Part shown: in pieces, positions 18,496-27,812 of the stretch | Numbering within the stretch: the stretch's first letter is position 1 | Layout: each line of letters starts with the position of its first letter | Source of the DNA: Alphaproteobacteria bacterium | Lineage (GTDB): Bacteria; Pseudomonadota; Alphaproteobacteria; JAAXGF01 | Length of the DNA: 64,000 nt | Reading direction: 5' to 3' | NCBI GenBank assembly: GCA_963555825.3 | Contig: CAUVXB020000001.1 | Coordinates: 928,001 to 992,000, forward strand | The notes under the pieces: model-generated | The model's input: the letters and a program-made list of their open reading frames with translations, nothing else | Databases searched by the model: none | Told to the model about the DNA's origin: nothing | Translations under genes and position numbers: made by a program

Positions 18496-18757
18496 CGCGG
18501 GAGCCATCCACACAGGACGTTACTGCACTGAATTTCCAAGCCTCGGCCTCGATGGTCCGCTATCCGCTCCAAAGCGGTCGCCCAGCGTGTGAGCCGCCGA
18601 AGTCGGTTGCTGACCCGAAGACGACCTTGGGGGTCCCGTGGACATCGGCGACAACCCGAAAAACAGTTCACTAAAGCAGGCAAAAATTTATGTTTGCCTT
18701 TCAGTCAAGCAGTGTCGGAACGTGGGACACTGGGTTGTCGTCGAAAATGAGGCGCAC

Positions 18758-20065
18758 ATGCAGGATCGAGAGACGTCCGATACCGAGAGCGATCTGATTT
18801 CGCGGGCAGCGAGGGTCCTGCCCGCCGGCGGTTTCGGCAATCTCGACCCTGGCATCGTCATTCGCGAGGGTCGCGGCGGCCGCGTCTGGGACGAGAGCGG
18901 CAACGAATATGTCGACTTTCTCATCGGCTCGGGCCCGATGCTGCTGGGCCACGGAAATCCCGAGGTCATCGAGGTGGTCGAGGCGCAACTGCGCAAGGGC
19001 GTGACATTCTTCACCTCGAACGCCGCCGGAATCGAGCTCGCCGAAGCGATCTGCGATGCGGTCGCCTGCGCCGAGCAACTGCGCTATGTCAGCACCGGCT
19101 CCGAGGCCGACATGTACGCCATGCGTCTCGCCCGCGCCCATACCGGCCGCGAGAAGATCCTGAAGTTCGAGGGCGGCTACCACGGCATGTCGGGCGAAGC
19201 GCTGATGAGCCTTGTCCCACGGCGGCTCGAAAATTTCCCACGTGCGATTTCCGATTCGGCGGGCATCCCGGAAGCCGTGCGCGACAGCGTGCTGGTGGCG
19301 CCCTTCAACGACGCCGCGTTCGCAAGGCAGCTCATCGCGGAATATGCCGACGAGATCGCCGGCGTGATCGTCGAGCCCTTTCAGCGGCTGATTCCGCCCG
19401 AGACGGGTTTTCTCGAGGCGCTGCGAGAGGCGACGACCGAGCACGGCATCGTGCTGATCTTCGACGAAGTCGTCACCGGCTTCCGACTGGCTTATGGCGG
19501 CGCGCAAGAACGCTACGGCGTGACGCCCGATCTCTGTACGCTCGGCAAGGTGATCGGCGGCGGCTTCCCGTTGGCCGCGATCGCCGGGCGCGCAGAGTTG
19601 ATGGCGCATTTCGACAAATCGAAAGTCGGCGCCGACGGCTTCACCTTTCAGGTCGGCACGCTGAGCGGCAATCCGGTCGCGGCCGTCGCCGGCCTGAAGA
19701 CATTGGAAATCCTGCGCCGCCCGGGCAGCTATGAGGGCATGCGCAAGACCGGGCGCGCGATCATGGCGGCGCTCGAGGCGAACCTGGCCCGCGTTGGCGT
19801 GCCGGCCCGCGTGGTCGGCGATCCAATGGTCTTCGACGCGGTCTTCACGGACCAGCCGGTCGTCGACTATCGCGGCACTCTGTGCGGCGACGTCGACCGC
19901 CTCCAGCGATTCAACATGGCCTTGCGGGCGCGGGGCGTCTTGAAAAACGGGAACAAGTTCTATATCGCGCTGGCCCATGACGCGACCGATATCGCCGACA
20001 CCAGGGAAGCGATCGAATTCGCGGCGGATTTCCTCGCCGATGTTCCCGATCGTGGTGGCGGCTGA
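18758..20065 (+). CDS. Class III aminotransferase (glutamate-1-semialdehyde aminomutase-like)
   Basis: STGSEA, KFEGGYHG, LIFDEVVTGFR, LGKVIGGGFP, GTLSGNP. Confidence 0.9.
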   Translation: MQDRETSDTESDLISRAARVLPAGGFGNLDPGIVIREGRGGRVWDESGNEYVDFLIGSGPMLLGHGNPEVIEVVEAQLRKGVTFFTSNAAGIELAEAICDAVACAEQLRYVSTGSEADMYAMRLARAHTGREKILKFEGGYHGMSGEALMSLVPRRLENFPRAISDSAGIPEAVRDSVLVAPFNDAAFARQLIAEYADEIAGVIVEPFQRLIPPETGFLEALREATTEHGIVLIFDEVVTGFRLAYGGAQERYGVTPDLCTLGKVIGGGFPLAAIAGRAELMAHFDKSKVGADGFTFQVGTLSGNPVAAVAGLKTLEILRRPGSYEGMRKTGRAIMAALEANLARVGVPARVVGDPMVFDAVFTDQPVVDYRGTLCGDVDRLQRFNMALRARGVLKNGNKFYIALAHDATDIADTREAIEFAADFLADVPDRGGG

Positions 20066-20179
20066 GCGGGCATCGACGCAGGGGAACTCGGACGACCGAA
20101 GAGGCGGATCGGCAATCGATGCGTCGCTCTCATCGCCCAATTTACCGGGTCTTCAGGTTGCCGCTGCGTCGGGTCCGTC

Positions 20180-20812
20180 TTACGCGGCTTTCTCGGGCGG
20201 TCGTGTCGCGGTCATGCTGGGGCGCGCGCTCATGCGGCGCCACCACGCCTGCCAGCGCGGATGGCCGGCGAGCAGCGCCGCGCCTTCCGGCGCGCGGCGC
20301 AAGATGGCGATCATCGGCGCGGCGCGGAGATCGGCGAGGCATGGCGCGGCACCGAGGAAATAACCGTCGGGCTCGATCAGCGCCTCGATCGCCGTGAGGC
20401 AGGTCTCCGCGCGCGGCAGGGCCTTGGCGACCTTGGCCTCGTCCGCCGACCGCTCGACGCTCTCGACGTAGATGTCCCAAACCCAGCAGCGGTAGGCATA
20501 GCTGTCGAGGATGCTGGCGATTTGGCTGGCCCGCGCGCGCGCCCGCGGCGTCGCCGGCATCAGCGGCGGCCCGTCGAACGCATCGTCGACATAGCGCATG
20601 ATCGCGCCGGCCTCGTAGAGCCTGAAGCCGCCGTGCTCGAACGCTGGGATGCGCAGGAACGGGTGACGTTGGGCGTAGCCCGGCGGCGGCCCGCCGTCGG
20701 CGAAGATGTCGACCTCTTCGAGCCGGTACGGAACGCCCTTCTCCTCGAGCGCGAGGCGCGCGGCGCGGACATAGACGCTGTATGTGGCGCCGAACAGGAC
20801 GGGCGTGCTCAT
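20180..20812 (-). CDS. Glutathione S-transferase family protein
   Basis: YSVYVRAARLALEEKG, HPFLRIPAF, LYEAGAIMRY. Confidence 0.9.
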   Translation of the reverse strand: MSTPVLFGATYSVYVRAARLALEEKGVPYRLEEVDIFADGGPPPGYAQRHPFLRIPAFEHGGFRLYEAGAIMRYVDDAFDGPPLMPATPRARARASQIASILDSYAYRCWVWDIYVESVERSADEAKVAKALPRAETCLTAIEALIEPDGYFLGAAPCLADLRAAPMIAILRRAPEGAALLAGHPRWQAWWRRMSARPSMTATRPPEKAA

Positions 20813-20831
20813 CGCGCCACCGGACCGGCCG

Positions 20832-21065
20832 TTACGGTCGCCATTCGCCGGCGTCGAGCACCACGGTCAGCATGCGCCAGTCCTCGACGACATGGGCCCG
20901 CTTCGCGGGCCCCGGCGCGGCGCCCATCCGGTCATACAGCGGGCCCTGCATGCCGGCGTACTCGTCGGTGATCGGCCCGACCTCGTAGCGCGCCGCGCCG
21001 CGCTCGCGCAACAGCCTCAGCCATTCTTCATCCAGCACCTGCGTGTGGACGTCGATCACCGTCAT
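20832..21065 (-). pseudogene. Chimeric mini-ORF: amidohydrolase N-terminus fused to methyltransferase C-terminus
   Basis: MTVIDVHTQVLDEEWLRLLR resembles the start of 5343-6326; DEYAGMQGPLYD..EDWRMLTVVLDAGE resembles the end of 21893-22672. Confidence 0.85.
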
Positions 21066-21240
21066 CTCGCGGTCCTCATTCGAGCGGTCGGCCGAGGCAC
21101 ACTAGACCGCCCGAAGCAGCAAGTACATCGTCGGCCGGCGCGGCCGGCAACAAGCTGCATTTTCAATACCAATTTGTCGCCGGTCGGCGGGCCGATTCCC
21201 GTATCATCGGAGATCTAGCGACAGCCGAGGGAGATGAACC

Positions 21241-21669
21241 ATGAGCGATCAATGGCAATACCAGGTACGGGTTTATCTCAGTGACGAATTCGCCGAGGTG
21301 GCGCGGCGCGATCCGGACGATCCCGCGATCAAGCCGCTCGCCGACGTCCTCGGCAGGCATCGCGCGGCGATGAAATGCCAGTTCGATGCCTTCGCCGGCT
21401 ACGTCGCCGAGGCCGAAGAGCGCGGCACCGAGAACTATCCGCTCTACGCCTGGACCAAGGCGACGATCGAGGATCCCGCCAAGAAGGAAAAATACCTGAA
21501 GTCCTTCACGCTCTATGTCGACGGCAACGAGGTCTACGCCAAGCAGCAAGCGGACGCGCTCGAGGCGGACCTGCAGCCATTGGTCGGCGGCGGGTTGATC
21601 ACACGAATGTCCAAGCACGATACCAACCCCGCAAACAACCCCCAGCCGCCGGCGCGCTACCGCAAGTGA
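21241..21669 (+). CDS. Hypothetical protein
   Basis: RBS GGGAG, typical high-GC codon usage, 142 aa; family not recognised. Confidence 0.8.
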   Translation: MSDQWQYQVRVYLSDEFAEVARRDPDDPAIKPLADVLGRHRAAMKCQFDAFAGYVAEAEERGTENYPLYAWTKATIEDPAKKEKYLKSFTLYVDGNEVYAKQQADALEADLQPLVGGGLITRMSKHDTNPANNPQPPARYRK

Positions 21670-21892
21670 GGCGCGGCGCGGTTGGCCGCTCCTCGACCTT
21701 ATCTCCCCGAATTCAACCCGACCATTGCCGGCCAGAGGTCATCTTGGCGGGTGGTCCAATCTCCTTTGCGCGTACCCCTTGGGTCTGTGCCTTCATGACC
21801 AGGATCACCGGAGACGTCTATGGTCTGGAGGGGAGCGGAGAGATCGAGTTGGGTCCGGTCCCGGGCCGCTGGATACTTCGGAACGATGCGCG

Positions 21893-22672
21893 CTATTCCG
21901 GCTTGTGCGCGCGCATCCGGCCGGTGCGCAGCTCGCCGGCGTCGAGCACCACGGTCAGCATGCGCCAGTCCTCGACGAAATGGGCCTGCTTCTCCGGTCC
22001 CAGCGCGGCGCCCATCTGGTCATACAGCGGGCCCTGCATGCGGGCGTATTCGTCGGCCGCTTGGGTGCGGAGTTTGGCCGAGGTGTCGGCGAGCACCACG
22101 TCGACGAAGCCGCAATCACGCAAGATGCCGCCGTAGGCCTCGAGCGTGTCCATGTGGTAGGTCAGCTCCTCGAGCTCGAAGAAGTAGCGCATGTCGTCGG
22201 AATAGGGCGCCGCCGTGCGCAGCCAGTCGCTCGCCGCGAGCACACCGCCGGGCTTGAGCACCCGGAACACCTCGGCGAAGAAGCCGCGCTTGTCGGCGAT
22301 GTGGATCCAGCTGTCCTTGCCGAAGACGACGTCGACCGCGGCGTCGTCGATCGGCAGCGGCCCGGGTTCGACGAGACGCAGCTCGATGCGGTCGGCGAGG
22401 CCCGCGGCCGCGACCCGCGCACGGCCGCGCTCGACCAGCGAGCGCTCGACGTCGAGGCCGACGATACGGCAGTCGTGCTCGCGCGCCAGCAGGACATCGA
22501 TACCGCCCAACGCGCAGCCGATGTCGAGCACCGTCTTGCCGGCGAGGTCGAGCCCGTCGACGATCTGGCGCGCCGCCGCCGGACCGCCGGGCGAGAGGAA
22601 GCCCTCGCCCCAGATCAGCTCGAGCATGGTGACCAGCGCGTCGTCGTATTCGTCTTCGTGGCTATCGGCCAT
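21893..22672 (-). CDS. SAM-dependent methyltransferase (phosphoethanolamine N-methyltransferase-like)
   Basis: WGEGFLSPGG, VLDIGCALGG, HIADK, RVLKPGG. Confidence 0.85.
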   Translation of the reverse strand: MADSHEDEYDDALVTMLELIWGEGFLSPGGPAAARQIVDGLDLAGKTVLDIGCALGGIDVLLAREHDCRIVGLDVERSLVERGRARVAAAGLADRIELRLVEPGPLPIDDAAVDVVFGKDSWIHIADKRGFFAEVFRVLKPGGVLAASDWLRTAAPYSDDMRYFFELEELTYHMDTLEAYGGILRDCGFVDVVLADTSAKLRTQAADEYARMQGPLYDQMGAALGPEKQAHFVEDWRMLTVVLDAGELRTGRMRAHKPE

Positions 22673-22682
22673 AGTAGTCCTT

Positions 22683-24782
22683 TCACCCAGCGACGATCAG
22701 CGCGTCGGCCGCGAGCGGTCCGGCGGGACCGGCGATGAAGGGATTGACGTCGATCTCGGCGATCGCGTCGCCGAGCGTCACCGCCAACACAGAGAAGCGC
22801 GCCAGCGCCTCGGCCAGCGCATCGACATCGGCGGCCGGTGCGCCGCGCAGGCCGTCGAGCAGCGGGCGCGCCATGAGGCCGTCGATCAGCCGGCGCGCAT
22901 AATCGGCGCCGAACGGCGGCAGGGCAAATCGGGTGTCCTTGAGCGACTCGACCAGGATGCCGCCGGCGCCAACCATGACCAGCGGGCCGAACTGCGCGTC
23001 GCGCACCATGCCGAGCACCATTTCGACGCCCTTCGTCGCCATCGGTTGGATCACGACGCGGGACCCCAGCCGCGCCGCCATGTCGGCGTGGGCCGCGCGG
23101 ACGGCGTCCGAATCGGCGAGACCCAGCGCGACGCCGCCGGCGTCCGACTTGTGCGCGAGACCCGGCATCGCCGTCTTGAGCGCGACCGGATAGCCCAACG
23201 TCTCGGCCGCGGCGACCGCCGCCCCGGCGTCCTCGGCCACGGTCGCCGGCACGGTGGGCACGCCGAAGTCGCCGATCAGCGCCAGCGCCGTAGCCTCGTC
23301 GAGTGGTTCGCCATCACCCAGTCGGACGCGCCAACGATCGACCAGGTCGGCCTCGGGCGGCACCGGCGGTGCGTCGTCGGTCCGCTCGCGCCCGTCCCGA
23401 TAAGCGAAGGCGTGGCGGATGGCGCGGAGCGCCGGGGCGACGCCGTCGAGCACCGGGATGCCACGGCGCACCAGTGTCACCTCGCTGGGGTCGACGGCAC
23501 TGCCCTTGTGATTGGTGACCAAGATCACGGGCTTGGTCGAGTGGGCGGCGGCGCGTTCGCAAATGTCGGTGTAACTGCCCCACACCGAACCGTCGCGGCT
23601 GCGGTCGGTGACCAGCGCGGCGAGCGCCGTATCGTCGTCGTCGACCAGCGCTTGGAAACAGCCGCCAAAAATGTCCTCGGATCCTTGGGAGGTGCCCCAG
23701 GCGTCGAGCGGGTTGATCGGCTCGAGGCCGTAATGCAGCTTCGAGGCCAGCGTGTCGCGCGTTCCGGCAGCGATGTCGGCGATCGGCACGCCCTCGAGGT
23801 CGGCAAGATCGATGAGCATCTCGCGGATTCCGCCCGAATCGAGCATCGCGGCGATGCCGCCCTTGGCCGGGCGGCGTTCGTGCGACATCAGCATCATGGT
23901 CGCCGCCATCTCCTGGACGTCGTCGACGCGGGCGACACCATAGCGGTCGAATACAGCCTGATAGGCCGCGTCGTCGCCCGCGATGGCGCCCGAATGGCTG
24001 ACCGCCAGCGCGGCGCTCTCGGCGGTGCGCCCGACCTTGAGGACGACGACCGGCACATCGCGCGCGCGCGCCTTCTCGAGCCCGGCGATGAAGCCCTCGG
24101 GGTCGCGCACGGTCTCTAGGAACATGGCGACCAGCCGCGTCGAGGGCCGCTCGAGCGCATAATCGAGGTAGTCGGCCGCGGTCGTCACCAGCTCCTGACC
24201 CGACGAGACGGCGAGGTTGTAGCTCAGCCGCTGCTCGGCCTCGACCAGCGGCCACAGGAGCGTGCCCGAATGGGTCACCAGCGTGATGGGACCGGGCTCG
24301 CCGTGGCCACCCACCGAATAGCTCGACGCGCAGGCGCCGGCCTCGAAATTGTAGAAGCCGATGCAATTGCCGCCGCACATCTGCAAACCAGCGTCCTTGG
24401 CGATGCCGCGGATCCGCTCGGTCAGCGGCGGATCGGTGTCGCCCTCGTAGTAGCCCGAGGCGAACACCGTGGCGGCGCGCGCGCCGATCTCGGCGGCGGC
24501 GCTGAGCTGCGCCTCGACGCGCGGATTGGCGACCGCGATCACGACATGATCGACCGGCCCGGGCAGGTCGGCAAGCGAGGGATAACAGGTCAGTCCTTCG
24601 ACCACCTGGTACTTCGGATTGACCGGGTAGATGGGCCCCTCGAAGCCGCACAGGAGCGCTTCCTTTACCATCTGGTTGCCGACGCTGTGGGGCCGCGTCG
24701 AGGCGCCGACGAAGGCCATCGAACGGGGCGCCAGGAGCGGTGTCAGGCGGTGCTCGACCGCAACGGACGTGGTGTCGTTCAT
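22683..24782 (-). CDS. Acetate--CoA ligase (ADP-forming) family protein
   Basis: CoA-binding domain YPVNPK, GGNCIG, SHSGAIAG, ATP-grasp HKSDAGGV, EIDVNP. Confidence 0.9.
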   Translation of the reverse strand: MNDTTSVAVEHRLTPLLAPRSMAFVGASTRPHSVGNQMVKEALLCGFEGPIYPVNPKYQVVEGLTCYPSLADLPGPVDHVVIAVANPRVEAQLSAAAEIGARAATVFASGYYEGDTDPPLTERIRGIAKDAGLQMCGGNCIGFYNFEAGACASSYSVGGHGEPGPITLVTHSGTLLWPLVEAEQRLSYNLAVSSGQELVTTAADYLDYALERPSTRLVAMFLETVRDPEGFIAGLEKARARDVPVVVLKVGRTAESAALAVSHSGAIAGDDAAYQAVFDRYGVARVDDVQEMAATMMLMSHERRPAKGGIAAMLDSGGIREMLIDLADLEGVPIADIAAGTRDTLASKLHYGLEPINPLDAWGTSQGSEDIFGGCFQALVDDDDTALAALVTDRSRDGSVWGSYTDICERAAAHSTKPVILVTNHKGSAVDPSEVTLVRRGIPVLDGVAPALRAIRHAFAYRDGRERTDDAPPVPPEADLVDRWRVRLGDGEPLDEATALALIGDFGVPTVPATVAEDAGAAVAAAETLGYPVALKTAMPGLAHKSDAGGVALGLADSDAVRAAHADMAARLGSRVVIQPMATKGVEMVLGMVRDAQFGPLVMVGAGGILVESLKDTRFALPPFGADYARRLIDGLMARPLLDGLRGAPAADVDALAEALARFSVLAVTLGDAIAEIDVNPFIAGPAGPLAADALIVAG

Positions 24783-24817
24783 GACCGACTAATACCAAGG
24801 ATCAATGATAAAGGCCC

Positions 24818-25050
24818 CTAGAGATCGCGTCCGCTTTTCGCCGGGTAGGCAAGGGAGCCGCGGGCGATGCAGCGCATCGTCAAGGCTGCCTGACGCCCGC
24901 CGGCGATAAGCGGACGCGACCCGAAGGGCGGCTTGCCGTGGCTCTCGCCCGCTATCAGACTGGCGGACGTCGTTGCGCCCGCCTTGCGATGCCTAGCATC
25001 GCCGCGACGGGCGCGCCTAGCCGAGAACCACGGCAAGCCGTCTCTGGGGG
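24818..25050. repeat. Structured intergenic element with two long hairpins (MITE-like)
   Basis: TCGCGTCCGCTTTTCGCCGG pairs with CCGGCGATAAGCGGACGCGA; CGGCTTGCCGTGGCTCTCG pairs with CGAGAACCACGGCAAGCCG. Confidence 0.65.
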
Positions 25051-25056
25051 TCTTTA

Positions 25057-26229
25057 TCATTGATCGTTAGTATACCTACACCGTCGCGGCGCATCATAGA
25101 AGCGCCGTGACACGACGCGGCACGGCGCCATGATGCGCTCGATCTTGAGCTCCTTGGTGTGCCAGATGTCGGCCTTAAGTTCGATGCCCTCGGCCGCATA
25201 CGCGCTCGCGACACTGGCCAGCGCTATATTGCGCTTGAGCACCGGCGACCAGATCGCCGAGGTGGTGCGCCCGACCTCTGTTTTGGCGGCATAGAGGAAG
25301 GATTCGACGGCTGGTTTCTTGCCCGCGATGTCGAGCCCGACCAGGCGCCGGCGCGGGCCGCCGCGCGCCTTCTCGGCAACGAGCGCGCGCTTGCCGATGA
25401 AGTGGTCCTTCCCGAGGTTGACCGTCCAGTCGAGGCCAAGTTCGTAGGGCGAGCGCGTCTGGCTGGCGCGCAGTGTACGCGTCGCCGAGATGAACTCGGC
25501 ATTGACCTGGATGAAGCCAGCCTCGATGCGCGCCAGATCGAGCGCCGCGGAGCCGATGACGATCGGCGGCCTGGACCCGCCCGCCGCCATCAGCCGGTCC
25601 CACAACATGCCGGCGTGCGCCGGCGCGATCCACAGCTCGTAGCCGAGGTCGCCGGTGAAACCGGTGCGGCTGACCATCAGCCGCGCGCCGTCGAGCTCGA
25701 AGAGCGCGATACGGAACGGCGCGAGCGCGTCGATGCCCGCGAGCCCGAGATCCTGCAGTAGGGTCATCGAGAGCGGACCCTGGAGCGCCAGCGAGGCGAC
25801 GTCTTCGGTGATCTCCTCGATGGTCACGTCGAGACCGTAGGCGGTGTCCTCGAACCAACGCAGGTTGGCTTCCTGCGCGTTGATCTGGAACTCGTCGGCG
25901 CCGAGACGCATGATGGTGCCGTCTTCGATCAACTTGCCGGCGTCGTCGCACCAACCCGAATAGTAGACTTGGACGACGGCGCATCGGGTGATGTCACGGG
26001 TGATCAGCCGGTCGACGAATCGCTCGGCATGTGCGCCGGCGACCCGATAGTTGCGCAGCGGCGAGGTATCGAACAGCGTCGCCGCGTTGCGGATGGCGAA
26101 ATATTCCTCGTCTAGAGCGGTCACCGTCGCGACGGTGGTGTAGCCCTCCCAGCGCTGCCACGAGTCGGTCTCGCACAGCGGCGCGATGCGGTCGTGGAAG
26201 GGCGTCGTGAGATAGGGCGACATGGCCAT
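25057..26229 (-). CDS. GcvT-family aminomethyltransferase/demethylase
   Basis: EYFAIRNAATLFDTS, LALQGP, SRTGFTGDLGYEL, ARIEAG. Confidence 0.9.
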   Translation of the reverse strand: MAMSPYLTTPFHDRIAPLCETDSWQRWEGYTTVATVTALDEEYFAIRNAATLFDTSPLRNYRVAGAHAERFVDRLITRDITRCAVVQVYYSGWCDDAGKLIEDGTIMRLGADEFQINAQEANLRWFEDTAYGLDVTIEEITEDVASLALQGPLSMTLLQDLGLAGIDALAPFRIALFELDGARLMVSRTGFTGDLGYELWIAPAHAGMLWDRLMAAGGSRPPIVIGSAALDLARIEAGFIQVNAEFISATRTLRASQTRSPYELGLDWTVNLGKDHFIGKRALVAEKARGGPRRRLVGLDIAGKKPAVESFLYAAKTEVGRTTSAIWSPVLKRNIALASVASAYAAEGIELKADIWHTKELKIERIMAPCRVVSRRFYDAPRRCRYTNDQ

Positions 26230-27812
26230 CAGGCGGCGCTCCTCTCACCGAGATCGGCGATCACCTCGCGTGCCGCGTTGGCGCCCGCGGCGCCAATCAC
26301 GCCGCCACCGGGATGCGCGCCGGCGCCGCACAGGTAGAGCCCCGGCACCGGCAGTCGGTACCGCCCGGCGCCCGGAAACGGCCTCAGCATGAAGACCGTG
26401 TCGAGGCCCATCTCGCCGTGGTGCCAATGGCCGCCGGTCATGCCGTAGTCGCGCTCGAGATCGAGCGGCGTGACCACCTGGCGCGCGACGATGCGCTCGG
26501 CAAGATCCGGCGCGTGCGTGGCCAGCATGCCGACGACCCGGTCGCCCAGTTCGTCGCGCCGGGCGTCCCAGTCGCCCTCGGCCAGGCGGTAGGGCGCCGA
26601 TTGCACCAGAACCGAGACGACGTGACCGCCTTGCGGCGCGAGCGTCGGGTCGGCAAGCGAGGGCACGGTCACCTCGAGCGGCGGCACGGCGGCGATGTCG
26701 CCGTATTTCGCGTCGTCGAAGGCGCGCTCGACATGGTCGATGGTCGGCGCGATGACCAGCCGCGCACCACCCACCGCGTCGCCCAGTCCGGCGAAGTCGG
26801 GCAGGCCATCGAGCGCCAGATTGACCTTGGCGGTCACGCCGTTGGTGCGCAAGTTGCGCACCCGGCGAATGACGCCGGTGTCCAGGTGATCGGGGCCGAC
26901 GAGATCGAGCAGCGTGCGCTTGGGATCGGCATTCGAGATCACCGCGTCGGCGCGCATTTCCTCGCCGCCGACAAGCACGACGCCGACCGCGCGATCGGCC
27001 TCGACCAGTACGCGGTCGACCAGCGCGTCGGTGCGCACTTCGCCGCCGGCCGCCACAACCGCCGCCGCCAACGCGTCGCCGACGGCGCCCATGCCGCCTC
27101 TGGGCAAGGCGAGCGCGCCGCGCTGGCCGCCGGCATCGCCGCCGGCGCGGAACAGGAGATTGAACACCGTGTTTGGCGAGCGCGGCCCGAGCGCATGGCC
27201 GAGCACGCTGTCGAAGGCGAGCGCACCCTTGAGCGCGGCGCTCTCGAAGCTGTCGTCGAGCAGATCGGCGGCGTTCATACCGACGATACGCAACAATTCG
27301 CGCATGTCGTCGCGGCCCAGGCGTCGGATGCCGAGGCCGAGCTTGAGATAGCCGAAGCGCTCGCCCCAGCTGGTCGGCTTGACCGACGGCGGCGTCGTCA
27401 GCAGCATCGGCCGCAGCGCGCCCGCGAGGCGCATCATGCGCGCGCGGAACGCCGGGTAGCGCTCGGCGTCGCGCGCCGAGAATTGCGCCAGCGAGTCGCG
27501 CGTCGCCGTCGCGTCCGGCGAGAGCGTCAGATGCCTGCCGTCGGGCAGCAGCGAGATTGTCGCCAGGTCGCGCCGGCTGTAGTCGAGGCCGTGGCGCGCC
27601 AGGCCAAGATCGGCGATCACCTTGGGATGCATGAGGTGCAGGATGTGAGCGCAGGCCGGCACGTGGTAGCCGGGGTGGATCTCCTCGGTCGTCGCCGCGC
27701 CGCCGGGCCGCGAGCGCGCCTCGCAGACCACCACCTTGCGGCCGGCCTTGGCGAGATAGGCCGCGCAGACCAAGCCGTTGTGGCCGCCGCCGATAATCAC
27801 CGCGTCCGTCAC
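26229..27812 (-). CDS. Phytoene-desaturase-like (PYROXD2-type) FAD oxidoreductase
   Basis: IIGGGHNGLVCAAYLA, GLYLCGAGAHPGGGVIG. Confidence 0.88.
   Translation of the reverse strand: MTDAVIIGGGHNGLVCAAYLAKAGRKVVVCEARSRPGGAATTEEIHPGYHVPACAHILHLMHPKVIADLGLARHGLDYSRRDLATISLLPDGRHLTLSPDATATRDSLAQFSARDAERYPAFRARMMRLAGALRPMLLTTPPSVKPTSWGERFGYLKLGLGIRRLGRDDMRELLRIVGMNAADLLDDSFESAALKGALAFDSVLGHALGPRSPNTVFNLLFRAGGDAGGQRGALALPRGGMGAVGDALAAAVVAAGGEVRTDALVDRVLVEADRAVGVVLVGGEEMRADAVISNADPKRTLLDLVGPDHLDTGVIRRVRNLRTNGVTAKVNLALDGLPDFAGLGDAVGGARLVIAPTIDHVERAFDDAKYGDIAAVPPLEVTVPSLADPTLAPQGGHVVSVLVQSAPYRLAEGDWDARRDELGDRVVGMLATHAPDLAERIVARQVVTPLDLERDYGMTGGHWHHGEMGLDTVFMLRPFPGAGRYRLPVPGLYLCGAGAHPGGGVIGAAGANAAREVIADLGERSAA

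Larger units (their letters stand above)
13231..18517 (+). mobile_element. Second IS1111-type IS110: both ends present, interior disrupted by nested elements
   Basis: Subterminal IRs GTGGATGGCTCCCGC / GCGGGAGCCATCCAC; GA core at 13229-13230 and 18516-18517. Confidence 0.75.

Noticed and set aside
18758-20065. Calling this hemL
   Set aside because: Family membership is clear but substrate is not; Alphaproteobacteria generally use ALA synthase and there is no heme context
25057-26229. Calling this gcvT or dmdA
   Set aside because: No gcvH/gcvP neighbours, and subfamily cannot be determined by eye
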